Origin: an uncultured Actinomycetes bacterium
Lineage (GTDB): Bacteria; Actinomycetota; UBA4738; CALAEC01
Direction: 5' to 3'
Length of the DNA: 40,718 nucleotides
NCBI GenBank assembly: GCA_937890785.1
Contig: CALAEC010000080.1
Location: 1-40,718, forward strand
The notes under the pieces were generated by a model. It searched no databases and was not told the DNA's origin. It saw only the letters and a list, made by a program, of their open reading frames with translations. The translations under genes were made by a program, and so were the position numbers. Numbering within the stretch: position 1 is the stretch's first letter; every line of letters begins with the position of its first letter. Below are positions 1-9,379 of the stretch, one piece after another.

Positions 1-254
1 AAGGTCACGGTGGCCACGGCATGGACCAACGAGAACAGCAGCCCGGAGATGGCGCCGATGGCCAGCCCCGCCACCGGCCCCCAGTTGATGGCCCCCCAGG
101 CCCCCATCACCGTGCCGGTGATCATGAGGCCCTCGAGGCCGATGTTCACGATGCCCGACCGCTCGCTGAACAGCCCGCCCAGCCCGGTCAGGTAGATGAT
201 CGTGAAGTAGGACAGTCCGATGGCGATGGCGGCCCCCAGGTCAAGCAGCGGCAC
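1..254 (-). CDS. ABC transporter permease, second membrane component of the BMP/nucleoside-type importer (N-terminal part only, runs off window start)
   Basis: Absent from ORF track (no stop in window). Reverse-strand reading from GTG at 254 gives VPLLDLGAAIAIGLSYFTIIYLTGLGGLFSERSGIVNIGLEGLMITGTVMGAWGAINWGP... and stays open to position 1. The SERSG-x-NIGLEG motif is typical of this permease family. The GTG overlaps the end of the upstream permease gene. Confidence 0.7.
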   Translation of the reverse strand, partial: MPLLDLGAAIAIGLSYFTIIYLTGLGGLFSERSGIVNIGLEGLMITGTVMGAWGAINWGPVAGLAIGAISGLLFSLVHAVATVT

Positions 255-1418
255 GCGACTCCCCCTCCTCTTCGCGGATCACCTCGGCCTGCCGGCGGAG
301 CTGGACCCGACGAGCGATCTCGTACGCCACCACCACCGAGAGGATCAGGAGGCCCTCCATGATCACCGTGATCTCGCGGGGCAGGTCGGTGGCCACGGCG
401 ATCCCGTCCTCGCCCCGGAACAGGATCCCGAACAGCAGCGCGGCCAGCACGATGCCCACCGGATGATTGCGGCCCAGGAAGGCCACGGCGATCCCGGTGA
501 ACCCCAGGGTGGTCTCGTAGTTCACGCCGAAGAACCCAGCGTCGCCGAGCAGGTAGTTCAGCCCGACGAATCCAGCCAGGGCGCCGGAGATCAGGAACAC
601 CCTGAGCTGGACGGCGCCGATGCCGATCCCCCCGGCCTCGGCGGAGCCGGGTGAGGCGCCCACCGCGCGAGCCTCGTAGCCGAGCCGGGTTCGGTACAGG
701 AGGAACCACACCGCGACAGATGCCAGGAGCGCCAGCGGGAAGAGCCACGTCAGGTGGGCGGACGCTGGGATCTGCTCCTCGAGGCCCAGCGCGGGAGCCA
801 GCGGCGGCATCAGCGCGCTCTCCGAGAACCGATCGCTCCGGAGGTCGACGAACCCCGTGTCGGAGGTCCGCAGCGGATTGAGAAGGGCCCACGCCACCAG
901 GCTGATGGCGATCCCGTTCATCATGATCGTGGTGACGACCTCGTGGGCGCCGGTCTTCACCTTGAGGATGGCCGGGACGAACGCCCAGATCATCGATCCG
1001 GCCACAGCGGCCAGGACCACCAGCGGCAGGTGGATCACCGCGGGGAGGTCGAGCCACACCGCCGCCCCCGTGGCGGTCATCATGCCCACGATGTACTGAC
1101 CCTCGACCCCGATGTTGAACATGCCGGCCTTGAACGCCACGGCCACGGCCAGGGCCGAGAAGATCAGCGGCGTGGCCTGCTCCAGCACCCGGGCCACGTC
1201 CGAGACCCGCGCCGTGGAGAACTGCCACAGCGTCGAGTAGACGAAGCCAGGGCTCTCGCCGTACGCCAGGATGATGACGCTCCCGACGAGCCCGGCGAAC
1301 AAAAAGGCCACGGCCACCGCGATCGACTGCACCAGGAGCTTCTGCGCCCACGGCCGGCGGATCCGGCGGTGGGGAGCGGGCGACGCCGACGGGGCCTCCG
1401 GTCGGGTGGCCACGGCCA

Positions 1419-1419
<1 letters not shown>
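241..1419 (-). CDS. ABC transporter permease (BMP/nucleoside-type importer)
   Basis: C-terminal 392 aa of track ORF 241..1887. Multi-pass hydrophobic protein containing FNIGVEGQ. Chosen start is ATG 1419 (MAVATRPEAP...), sharing 1 nt with the stop of the ATPase gene. The upstream Arg/Gly-rich extension overlaps the ATPase gene and is not credible. Confidence 0.85.
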
Positions 1420-2963
<1,544 letters not shown>

Positions 2964-2969
2964 CCTGGG

Positions 2970-4052
2970 CTAGCCCTGCGGCTCCTCCGGCACCGTGATC
3001 TCGCCGGCGATGATCGCCTCCTTGGCGGCGTCCATCTCGGCCCTGATCTCGTCGCTCAGCTCGGGGTTGCTGTCGGCGTAGTCGACGCCCTCCTCTGCCA
3101 GCCCGAAGACCTGGAACCCGGACTCGAACGCACCATCCACGACCTGCTGGATCGCGTCGAACACGGCAGTGTCGACCCGCTTCAGCATCGAGGTGAGGAT
3201 GTGCTCCTGCTGCTCGGGGTTGTCGGCGAGCACCTCGTACTGGTCCGAGTCCACGCCGATCGCCCACTGGTCGGCGTCGGCGGCCGCCGCGAACAGCCCC
3301 AGCCCGGACTGCCCCGCGGCGTGGTAGATGATGTCGGCGCCGTCGTCGTACATCGAGGCGGATAGGGCCTCGCCTCGGGTGGGGTCGACGAACGCCTGCG
3401 TGGAGTCGCCGATGTACTCGACCAGGATCTCGCAGTCGGGACACACCGACTGGACGCCGGCCTCGTACCCGGCCTGGAACTTCTCGATCAGGCCGGTGCC
3501 CTCCTGGCCGCCCAGGAACCCCACGGTCTGCGTCTCGGTCTGCATCCCCGCTGCGATCCCGACCAGGTACGACCCCTCGTGCTCCTTGAACGTCAGGTCC
3601 GCGACGTTCGTGAGCTCCTCGTTGACGGCGTTGGCGAACCCGTCGACGATGGCGAAGCTCTGGTCCGGGTAGTCCGGGGCGATCTCCGCGATGCCCTCGG
3701 AGAACGCGAACCCCACGCCGATGATCAGGTCGTACCCCTGGTCGGCGAGGTTGACGATGTTCTCATCGCGGTTGGAGCCGGTCTGGTTGGCCTCCAGCAG
3801 ATCGGTGTTCTCCTCCGAGACCAACCCCTCCTCGATGGCCTGCTGCAGACCGGCGTTGCCCGCGTCGTTGAAGGACTTGTCGCCGAGCCCCCCAACGTCC
3901 AGCGCGAGGCCGATTCGGACGTCGGCGGCTTCGCCGTCCTCTCCTCCGCCGCCGCCGGCATCGCCCTCCGGGGTGGCCCCCCCACAGGCCGCGGCGACGA
4001 GCGCCAGCAACGACACGGCCACGGCCAGCCTTCCGGGACGACTGATTCGCAT
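2970..4052 (-). CDS. BMP-family (basic membrane protein, PnrA/Med-like) ABC substrate-binding lipoprotein
   Basis: ATG 4052 (MRISRPGRLAVAVSLLALVAAACGG) gives a lipoprotein signal with lipobox Cys. GGGGGA-type RBS upstream. DKSFND and periplasmic-binding-fold motifs. First gene of the importer operon. Confidence 0.88.
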   Translation of the reverse strand: MRISRPGRLAVAVSLLALVAAACGGATPEGDAGGGGGEDGEAADVRIGLALDVGGLGDKSFNDAGNAGLQQAIEEGLVSEENTDLLEANQTGSNRDENIVNLADQGYDLIIGVGFAFSEGIAEIAPDYPDQSFAIVDGFANAVNEELTNVADLTFKEHEGSYLVGIAAGMQTETQTVGFLGGQEGTGLIEKFQAGYEAGVQSVCPDCEILVEYIGDSTQAFVDPTRGEALSASMYDDGADIIYHAAGQSGLGLFAAAADADQWAIGVDSDQYEVLADNPEQQEHILTSMLKRVDTAVFDAIQQVVDGAFESGFQVFGLAEEGVDYADSNPELSDEIRAEMDAAKEAIIAGEITVPEEPQG

Positions 4053-4174
4053 GCTTCCCCCTCTCTTCCTTTGCGGTGCCTCCCTGGCCCGTCCAGGCGG
4101 CATTCTCCATCCCGCTCGCCAGGGGCGCAACGCCGACGGGCCGGCTCCGATCGGCGCGTAGGATGGGGCCCGCC

Positions 4175-4795
4175 ATGCTGACCATGGTCGACCATCCGCT
4201 GGCGCAGCATCTCCTCACCTCGCTCCGGGACCGCGACACGCCGCCGCCGGTGTTCCGCACGCTGACCCGCCGTCTCACCCTCGCACTCGTGCTCGAAGCG
4301 ACCAGGGACCTCCCCACAGCGCCCCGAAAGGTCGACACGCCCCTCGAGCCCGTTGAGGGCCGGGAGATCCCCACGCCGCTCGTGGCGATCCCGATCCTCC
4401 GGGCCGGCCTGGGGATGCTCGAGGCCGTGACCGACACCTTCCCGGGGGTCGCCGTCGGGTACATCGGGCTGGAGCGGGACGAGCGGACGCTCCAGCCGAC
4501 GTCGTACTACGAGAAGCTCCCGAACCTCGCGGGGAACCACGCCCTACTCCTCGACCCGATGCTGGCCACCGGCGGCTCGGCGGTGCGGGCCTCGGCCTCG
4601 ATCCTGTCCCGCGGCCCCGCATCCCTCCGGATGGTCTGCGTGGTGGCCGCGCCGGAGGGCGTCCGGGCCATGGAGGAGGCGCATCCCGACGTGCCGATCT
4701 TCGCAGCGGCCCTCGACCGAGAGCTGAACCAACGGGGCTACATCCTTCCCGGGCTGGGGGACTTCGGGGACCGTCTGTACGGTACCGAGCCCTGA
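4175..4795 (+). CDS. upp: uracil phosphoribosyltransferase
   Basis: MLTMVDHPLAQHLLTSLRD..., PRPP-binding LLLDPMLATGGSA, C-terminal YILPGLGDFGDRLYGT. Start moved to ATG 4175, the homologue-like N-terminus. The track start 4076 overlaps the divergent promoter region. Confidence 0.9.
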   Translation: MLTMVDHPLAQHLLTSLRDRDTPPPVFRTLTRRLTLALVLEATRDLPTAPRKVDTPLEPVEGREIPTPLVAIPILRAGLGMLEAVTDTFPGVAVGYIGLERDERTLQPTSYYEKLPNLAGNHALLLDPMLATGGSAVRASASILSRGPASLRMVCVVAAPEGVRAMEEAHPDVPIFAAALDRELNQRGYILPGLGDFGDRLYGTEP

Positions 4796-4802
4796 GACCC
4801 GG

Positions 4803-5330
4803 CTAGTCCTCCAAGCCCTTGGCGATCAGGAAGCCCCGGGCCCGCTCCGCCAGCGGATAGCGGTCCACCAGCCGCCAGAACCTCGGCGAGTGCGAGGGCA
4901 CCTCGAGGTGGGCCAGCTCGTGCATCACCACGTACTCGCGGACCCACGCCGGGTAGTCGGCCACGCGGTGAGAGATCCGGATCGAGCCATCCTCGGGGGT
5001 GCACGAGCCGTACCGGTCCCGCTGGTTGCTGACGAACCGGATGGAGCTCCAACGGAGCCGGCCTCCGAAGTGCTCGCGGTTCAGCCGGTCGGCCGTCGCC
5101 TGGAGCCCGCGACGGGCGCTGAGGCGCTCGGCCTGCTCTCGCTCTGTCAGGCGGGTCACCATCCGGTGGACCCACTGCCGCTCCTCCGTTCGGGAGAGGC
5201 CGGCCGGGAGCCGGACCACCACCCGGCCCTCTCGGTGCTCGGCGGTGATCGTCTTCCGTCGGCGAGGGCTCCGGACCACCTCGATCTTCATGGGTGGCCG
5301 AATCCTAGGAGCGGGGGCCGACATGGTCAA
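4803..5330 (-). CDS. DUF45/YgjP-like (M48-type) metal-dependent hydrolase
   Basis: VVMHELAHLEVPSHSPRFWRLV (HExxH plus downstream H). N-terminal VVRSPRRRKT motif typical of the family. Alternative start ATG 5291 (MKIEVVRS...). Confidence 0.8.
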   Translation of the reverse strand: MTMSAPAPRIRPPMKIEVVRSPRRRKTITAEHREGRVVVRLPAGLSRTEERQWVHRMVTRLTEREQAERLSARRGLQATADRLNREHFGGRLRWSSIRFVSNQRDRYGSCTPEDGSIRISHRVADYPAWVREYVVMHELAHLEVPSHSPRFWRLVDRYPLAERARGFLIAKGLED

Positions 5331-5371
5331 AACCGCAGGTCAGCGGCCCACCGGCTCAGGGCGAGTGGGGC

Positions 5372-5752
5372 TCAGTACTCGACGTCGATGCCCTTGATGG
5401 CCTGGGGCAGGGTGGCGAACAGGCTCTGGAGCTGCATCAGCTTCATCAGGTCGCCCTGGATCTTGAGCTTTCCGCTCATGTACGCCGCGGTGGCGTTCAG
5501 CTCGTTCTTCATCAAGGCGGCCGCGGTGTCGTAGTCCTGGATCAGGGTGGCCTCGGCCTCGGGGAGCTCCCCCACGCCCACCTCGGCCTGCCCGTCCTCG
5601 AGCCTGAAGTAGAACTTGGACTCCTGGGGGGTGGTCACGACCTGCTGGACCTTCACGGTCCTGCCCTGGGCCTGCTGCTGGAACGCATCGTTCGAGTTGA
5701 GGGCGGCCGTCACGGCGCCGGCCCACTCCTCGGAGAGGAACTTGATGGCCAC
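5372..5752 (-). CDS. SCP2 sterol-carrier-like domain protein
   Basis: GTG 5752, preceded by GAGGAAGGAGGA, gives (M)AIKFLSEEWAGAVTAALNSN...YMSGKLKIQGDLMKLMQLQ, the SCP2 C-terminal signature. The track extension to 5965 is Arg/Ala-rich and unsupported. Confidence 0.8.
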   Translation of the reverse strand: MAIKFLSEEWAGAVTAALNSNDAFQQQAQGRTVKVQQVVTTPQESKFYFRLEDGQAEVGVGELPEAEATLIQDYDTAAALMKNELNATAAYMSGKLKIQGDLMKLMQLQSLFATLPQAIKGIDVEY

Positions 5753-5806
5753 GAGTCCTCCTTCCTCGTTGGATCTGGCTCGTAACCTACCAGGTGGTAA
5801 GTATCT

Positions 5807-5823
5807 CCCGCCGGCGCGGCGGG
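5807..5823 (-). terminator. candidate stem-loop terminator after the HTH gene (no U-tract)
   Basis: CCCGCCG-GCG-CGGCGGG, a perfect 7-bp GC stem starting 3 nt after the stop at 5826. Only a weak U-containing tail (AGAUACUUA). Confidence 0.3.
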
Positions 5824-5825
5824 GG

Positions 5826-6230
5826 TCAATCCGAGCCGGTGCGGCGGCGGCTCCGGCCCCGGCCTCGCTGGCGGGCGCGGAACGCGTCGCGGAACGACAC
5901 CACGTCTTCGCGGGCCCACACCCGCCCACCGGCCAGCTCCGCCAGCGGCTCGGGGAAGGCGCCACGCTTCACGTACGTGGCCACGCGGCGCTTGTCCCAG
6001 CCCATCATCTCGGCGGCCTCTGCCACGCCGACGAGCTTCGGCAGGACCTCGACGAAGACCACCGGCGGTCCGGACTCCCACGAGACCGCCGGCATCAGCG
6101 ACAGGGCGGCCTTGTGCACGTTGCGAACGCACTCTCGGGCGTCCCGGCCGGTGACCTCGATCGGGTGTCCCTCCGCCACGGCGCGCCACCGGCCGTCGTG
6201 CTCCTGCCGCATCCGGAACGCCACCGACAC
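5826..6230 (-). CDS. DNA-binding protein: HicB/UPF0150-like N-terminal domain fused to an excisionase/MerR-type HTH
   Basis: N-terminus VAFRMRQEHDGRWRAVAEGHPIEVTGRDARECVRNVHKAA follows the beta-DG-beta-G-x-helix pattern of HicB. C-terminus VGVAEAAEMMGWDKRRVATYVKRGAFPEP...GGRVWAREDV is HTH_17-like. Basic tail. High GC3. Confidence 0.6.
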   Translation of the reverse strand: MSVAFRMRQEHDGRWRAVAEGHPIEVTGRDARECVRNVHKAALSLMPAVSWESGPPVVFVEVLPKLVGVAEAAEMMGWDKRRVATYVKRGAFPEPLAELAGGRVWAREDVVSFRDAFRARQRGRGRSRRRTGSD

Positions 6231-6263
6231 GTTGACGGCATCATACGGAGGGTGGGTATGGGG

Positions 6264-7007
6264 TCAAGCCGCCGGCTTGGTGACCACCCACAGGTCCTCG
6301 GCGGGCCAGTCCCGGGCCCACCGCAGGGAGACGTAGTCCGTGTAGGTCGTGGTGGCGTTTGGGCGCGGGCGCAGGTGGATCAGCCGCTCCACCTCAAGGC
6401 CGCTGTCCCGGAAGAGGCCGACCCACTCGCCATACGGGAGCTGGAACTGGATCGTCTGCTCGTCCTCCTCGCTCCGCATCCCGAACCAGGGCGCGTGGAG
6501 GCGGGTGTCGACCCGTTCGGTCTTCGGGTTCCAGCACATGAACAGGAACGGGCTGGCGACGGAGAAGGCGAACCGGCCCCTGGGCCGGAGGACCCGGGCC
6601 ACCTCGGGCACGGTCCGCTCGGGGTCGGCGAACCCCATGGCGCCGTGATCGGACAGCACGAGGTCGAAGGAGCCATCGCGGAAGGGGAGCTCCTCGGCGC
6701 TGCCGTGGACCAGGGGGATCGTCGCGGTGGCCTCGCGCGCGTGGCGCAGCTGTTCGCCGGAGAGATCGATCCCGACCGGGCGGGCGCCGTCCGCCGCCAG
6801 CGCGATCGACCACTGCGCGGCCCCGCAGCCGAGCTCGAGCACGTTCCGGCCGGCCACCTCGCCGAGCGCCCGGATCTCGGTCTCGGGGATCCGCCACACC
6901 CCCCAGGCCCGGGCCCTCTCGGTGAGACGCTCGCCGTGCTTGGCCTGGTAGCCGGCGGCCATGAAGTCCCAGGTCTTGCGGTTCTGCCGGACGTGCTTCG
7001 AGGGCAC
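6264..7007 (-). CDS. class I SAM-dependent methyltransferase
   Basis: Motif I VLELGCGAAQWS, then GIDLSGEQL, then FDLVLSDHGAMGFADP. Confidence 0.85.
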   Translation of the reverse strand: MPSKHVRQNRKTWDFMAAGYQAKHGERLTERARAWGVWRIPETEIRALGEVAGRNVLELGCGAAQWSIALAADGARPVGIDLSGEQLRHAREATATIPLVHGSAEELPFRDGSFDLVLSDHGAMGFADPERTVPEVARVLRPRGRFAFSVASPFLFMCWNPKTERVDTRLHAPWFGMRSEEDEQTIQFQLPYGEWVGLFRDSGLEVERLIHLRPRPNATTTYTDYVSLRWARDWPAEDLWVVTKPAA

Positions 7008-7033
7008 GGCCGCATCGTACGGGGTTGCCCGAA

Positions 7034-7049
7034 TCGAACACCTGTTCTA
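7034..7049. promoter_or_regulatory. putative LexA SOS (Cheo) box, TCGAAC-ACCT-GTTCTA
   Basis: GAAC(7036-7039)-N4-GTTC(7044-7047), 8 nt upstream of the radical SAM ATG and 27 nt from the divergent methyltransferase start. It overlaps a TANNNT hexamer (TATCCT, 7048-7053). My manual scan found no other GAAC-N4-GTTC in the 40.7 kb. Confidence 0.55.
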
Positions 7050-7056
7050 TCCTTGG

Positions 7057-9147
7057 ATGCCCGTGCGCTGGGACAACCTCCGCCTCGACGTGGACCGGAA
7101 GGACGATCGGGTCACGATCCCCCTGTTCGAGCAGGGCGCGGTGGTCCGGACCTTCGACACGCCCGAGTTCAGGGGGATGACGTTCTACGAGGTCCAGGCG
7201 CGGTCGATCATCAACCGCGTCCCCGATGCCTCATACGTGCCGTTCCGCTGGTCCATCAATCCGTACCGAGGATGCAGCCATGCTTGTGATTACTGCATGG
7301 TCGGGGACACACCCATCCTCATGGCCAATGGGCGAACGAAGCCTATCGCCGACGTAAGGGTCGGGGATCAGATCTGTGGCACGGTCCGGCGGGGAACCTA
7401 TCGCCACTATGCCAAGACCATGGTTCTGGCCCATTGGTCGACGATCAAACAGGCCTACCGGATCAAGCTTGAGGACGGCACGGAACTCGTCGCCAGCGCG
7501 GACCACCGCTTCCTGACCAACAGGGGCTGGAAGCACGTCACCGGAACCGAATGGGGAGCGGATACCCGACCCCACCTCACGACCAACAATAAGTTGATGG
7601 GAACGGGACGTTTCGCTCCGGGCCCCCAAGAGGAATCCGACTACCGACGCGGATACCTCTGCGGAATGGTCCGGGGAGATGGAAGCATCCATTGGAAGAA
7701 GTACACGCGGATGGATGGCACATCAGGTCTCACTGCCACTTTTCGGTTGGCTCTCGCAGACCTTGAGGCTCTGCGTCGCGCCCGCGAGTACCTGATGGGC
7801 TTCGAGGTCGATAGCCGAGAGTTTCTGTTTCAGGCCGCGTCCAAAACCAGGAGAGAACTGCACGCGATCAGTAGCAGCGGCCGGGTCAAGGTCGCAGTTG
7901 TCGAGGACCTCATAGCCTGGCCACCGAAGTCCTCAGTTGAATGGTCGAAGGGATTCCTTGCCGGCATCTTCGACGCTGAGGGTAGCTACAGTCGTGGCGT
8001 CCTTCGTTTTTCCAATACCGCCCTGGACATCCTCGGGGAGATCGCTTCCGCGCTCGACCGACTCGGCTTCGCTTCCCGACTCGAGGTTACGGGCAAACCA
8101 AATGGCCAGTGCACCATCCGAGTGCTCGGAGGGATCCGCGAGGCCCTTCGCTTCTTCCACACCGTCGACCCCGCCATCACCAGGAAACGGTCGATCGAGG
8201 GGCGGGCCATCAAGAGCAATGCCCGGCTAAGGGTCACATCCATCGAGCCCCTGGGCATCGACCTCCCGATGTACGACATCACCACGGGGACCGGCGATTT
8301 CATCGCCAACGGGGTCGTGTCCCACAATTGCTTCGCTCGGAAGACGCACACCTACCTGGACCTCGACTACGGCGAGGACTTCGACACCAAGGTGGTGGTG
8401 AAGGTCAACGCGCCGGAACTGCTGCGGAAGGAGCTGGCCGCCCCGAAGTGGAAGGGCGAGCACATCGCCATGGGCACGAACGTCGACACGTACCAGCGCG
8501 CCGAGGGGCGGTACCGGCTGATGCGCGGCATCCTCGAGGCGCTCCGCGACTTCGCCAACCCGTTCTCGATCCTGACGAAGGGCACGCTGATCCTCCGCGA
8601 CCTCGACCTGCTCCGCGAGTGCGCCGAGGTGACGGACGTCGGCACGAACTTCTCCGTCGGCTCGGTCGACCCCGAGCTGTGGCGCGCCGTCGAGCCCGGC
8701 ACGCCAGCGCCGACCCGCCGCCTGGACGCGGTCCGAAAGCTGAACGAGGCCGGGATCGCCTGTGGCGTCCTGATGGCGCCCATCATCCCGTTCCTCTCCG
8801 ACTCCGACGAGGCCATGGAGGAGACCGTCCGGGCCATCGCCGCGTCCGGCGCCACGCACGTGATGCCGATCGTCCTTCACCTCCGCAAGGGCGGCGCCCG
8901 CGAGTGGTGGATGCGATGGCTCCGCCAGCACCGGCCGGACCTGGTGCCGGAGTACCGGGAGCTGTACGGCGACCGGGCCTACGCGCCCAAGGAGTTCCAG
9001 CAGCAGATCGCCGAGCGGGTTCACTCACTGGCCCGACGGTTCCGGGTCGGCGCGGCAGAGGGACCCCGGCGGGCCAGGCGGATCGCCGCACCCGCTCCGG
9101 AGCCCGAGCAGCTCGCGCTGCCCGAGCCGGCTCAGCGCGCCAGATAG
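7057..9147 (+). CDS. Rv2578c/SplB-like radical SAM protein (DNA-repair-photolyase-like family), intein-containing precursor
   Basis: N-extein ends ...WSINPYRGCSHACDY and C-extein starts CFARKTHTYLDLD..., so removing 7294..8328 restores the canonical CSHACDYCFAR radical SAM motif. Predicted spliced product is about 351 aa. Start ATG 7057 (MPVRWDNL); GTG 7063 is also possible. Confidence 0.9.
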   Translation: MPVRWDNLRLDVDRKDDRVTIPLFEQGAVVRTFDTPEFRGMTFYEVQARSIINRVPDASYVPFRWSINPYRGCSHACDYCMVGDTPILMANGRTKPIADVRVGDQICGTVRRGTYRHYAKTMVLAHWSTIKQAYRIKLEDGTELVASADHRFLTNRGWKHVTGTEWGADTRPHLTTNNKLMGTGRFAPGPQEESDYRRGYLCGMVRGDGSIHWKKYTRMDGTSGLTATFRLALADLEALRRAREYLMGFEVDSREFLFQAASKTRRELHAISSSGRVKVAVVEDLIAWPPKSSVEWSKGFLAGIFDAEGSYSRGVLRFSNTALDILGEIASALDRLGFASRLEVTGKPNGQCTIRVLGGIREALRFFHTVDPAITRKRSIEGRAIKSNARLRVTSIEPLGIDLPMYDITTGTGDFIANGVVSHNCFARKTHTYLDLDYGEDFDTKVVVKVNAPELLRKELAAPKWKGEHIAMGTNVDTYQRAEGRYRLMRGILEALRDFANPFSILTKGTLILRDLDLLRECAEVTDVGTNFSVGSVDPELWRAVEPGTPAPTRRLDAVRKLNEAGIACGVLMAPIIPFLSDSDEAMEETVRAIAASGATHVMPIVLHLRKGGAREWWMRWLRQHRPDLVPEYRELYGDRAYAPKEFQQQIAERVHSLARRFRVGAAEGPRRARRIAAPAPEPEQLALPEPAQRAR
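7294..8328 (+). mobile_element. intein (345 aa, class 1) with LAGLIDADG homing-endonuclease domain
   Basis: Block A CMVGDTPILMANG (Cys1). Block B ELVASADHRFLT. LAGLIDADG motifs GYLCGMVRGDGS (7651-7686) and GFLAGIFDAEGS (7951-7986). Blocks F/G MYDITTGTGDFIANGVVSHN, followed by +1 Cys. Exactly 1035 nt, in frame. Visibly lower GC than the flanking sequence. Confidence 0.9.
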
Positions 9148-9332
9148 CCCTCGATCCGGGTGAGGAGCGCGGACACGGCATCGTCGCCGTGCCCCTCCCC
9201 CAGCACGTCCATGATCGAGCGGTTCCCCAGCGCAGGGAACGGCACGGACGCGAACCGCTCGGGGTGAGGGATGCCCAGCCGGAGGATCCGATCGCGGACC
9301 GGGCCGGGCAGGTCGACCAGCTCGTGGTCCAT
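9132..9332 (-). CDS. small protein resembling the DUF2384 (Xre/MbcA/ParS antitoxin, toxin-binding) domain
   Basis: PFPALGNRSIMDVLGEGHGDDAVSALLTRIEGY matches the aLGGrsPldLL...G...V..LL.RIehG pattern. High GC3. GAGGA 3 nt upstream of the ATG. The 3' end overlaps the radical SAM gene by 16 nt. Confidence 0.5.
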   Translation of the reverse strand: MDHELVDLPGPVRDRILRLGIPHPERFASVPFPALGNRSIMDVLGEGHGDDAVSALLTRIEGYLAR

Positions 9333-9379
9333 GTGTCCTCATTGAGGTTTTCGGCCCGAGCGTGCCGATCCTTGACCGC

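Noticed and set aside
4053-4174. Possible riboswitch or attenuator in the divergent bmp/upp region and upstream of other transport genes.
   Set aside because: Only short 5-bp stems are present (CCTGG..CCAGG). Nothing resembles known PyrR, purine or other riboswitch cores.
5781-5803. Imperfect palindrome-like stretch GTAACCTACCAGGTGGTAAG upstream of the SCP2 gene.
   Set aside because: The arms do not actually complement each other (TAACCTACC against CTTACCACC), so it is only pseudo-symmetric.
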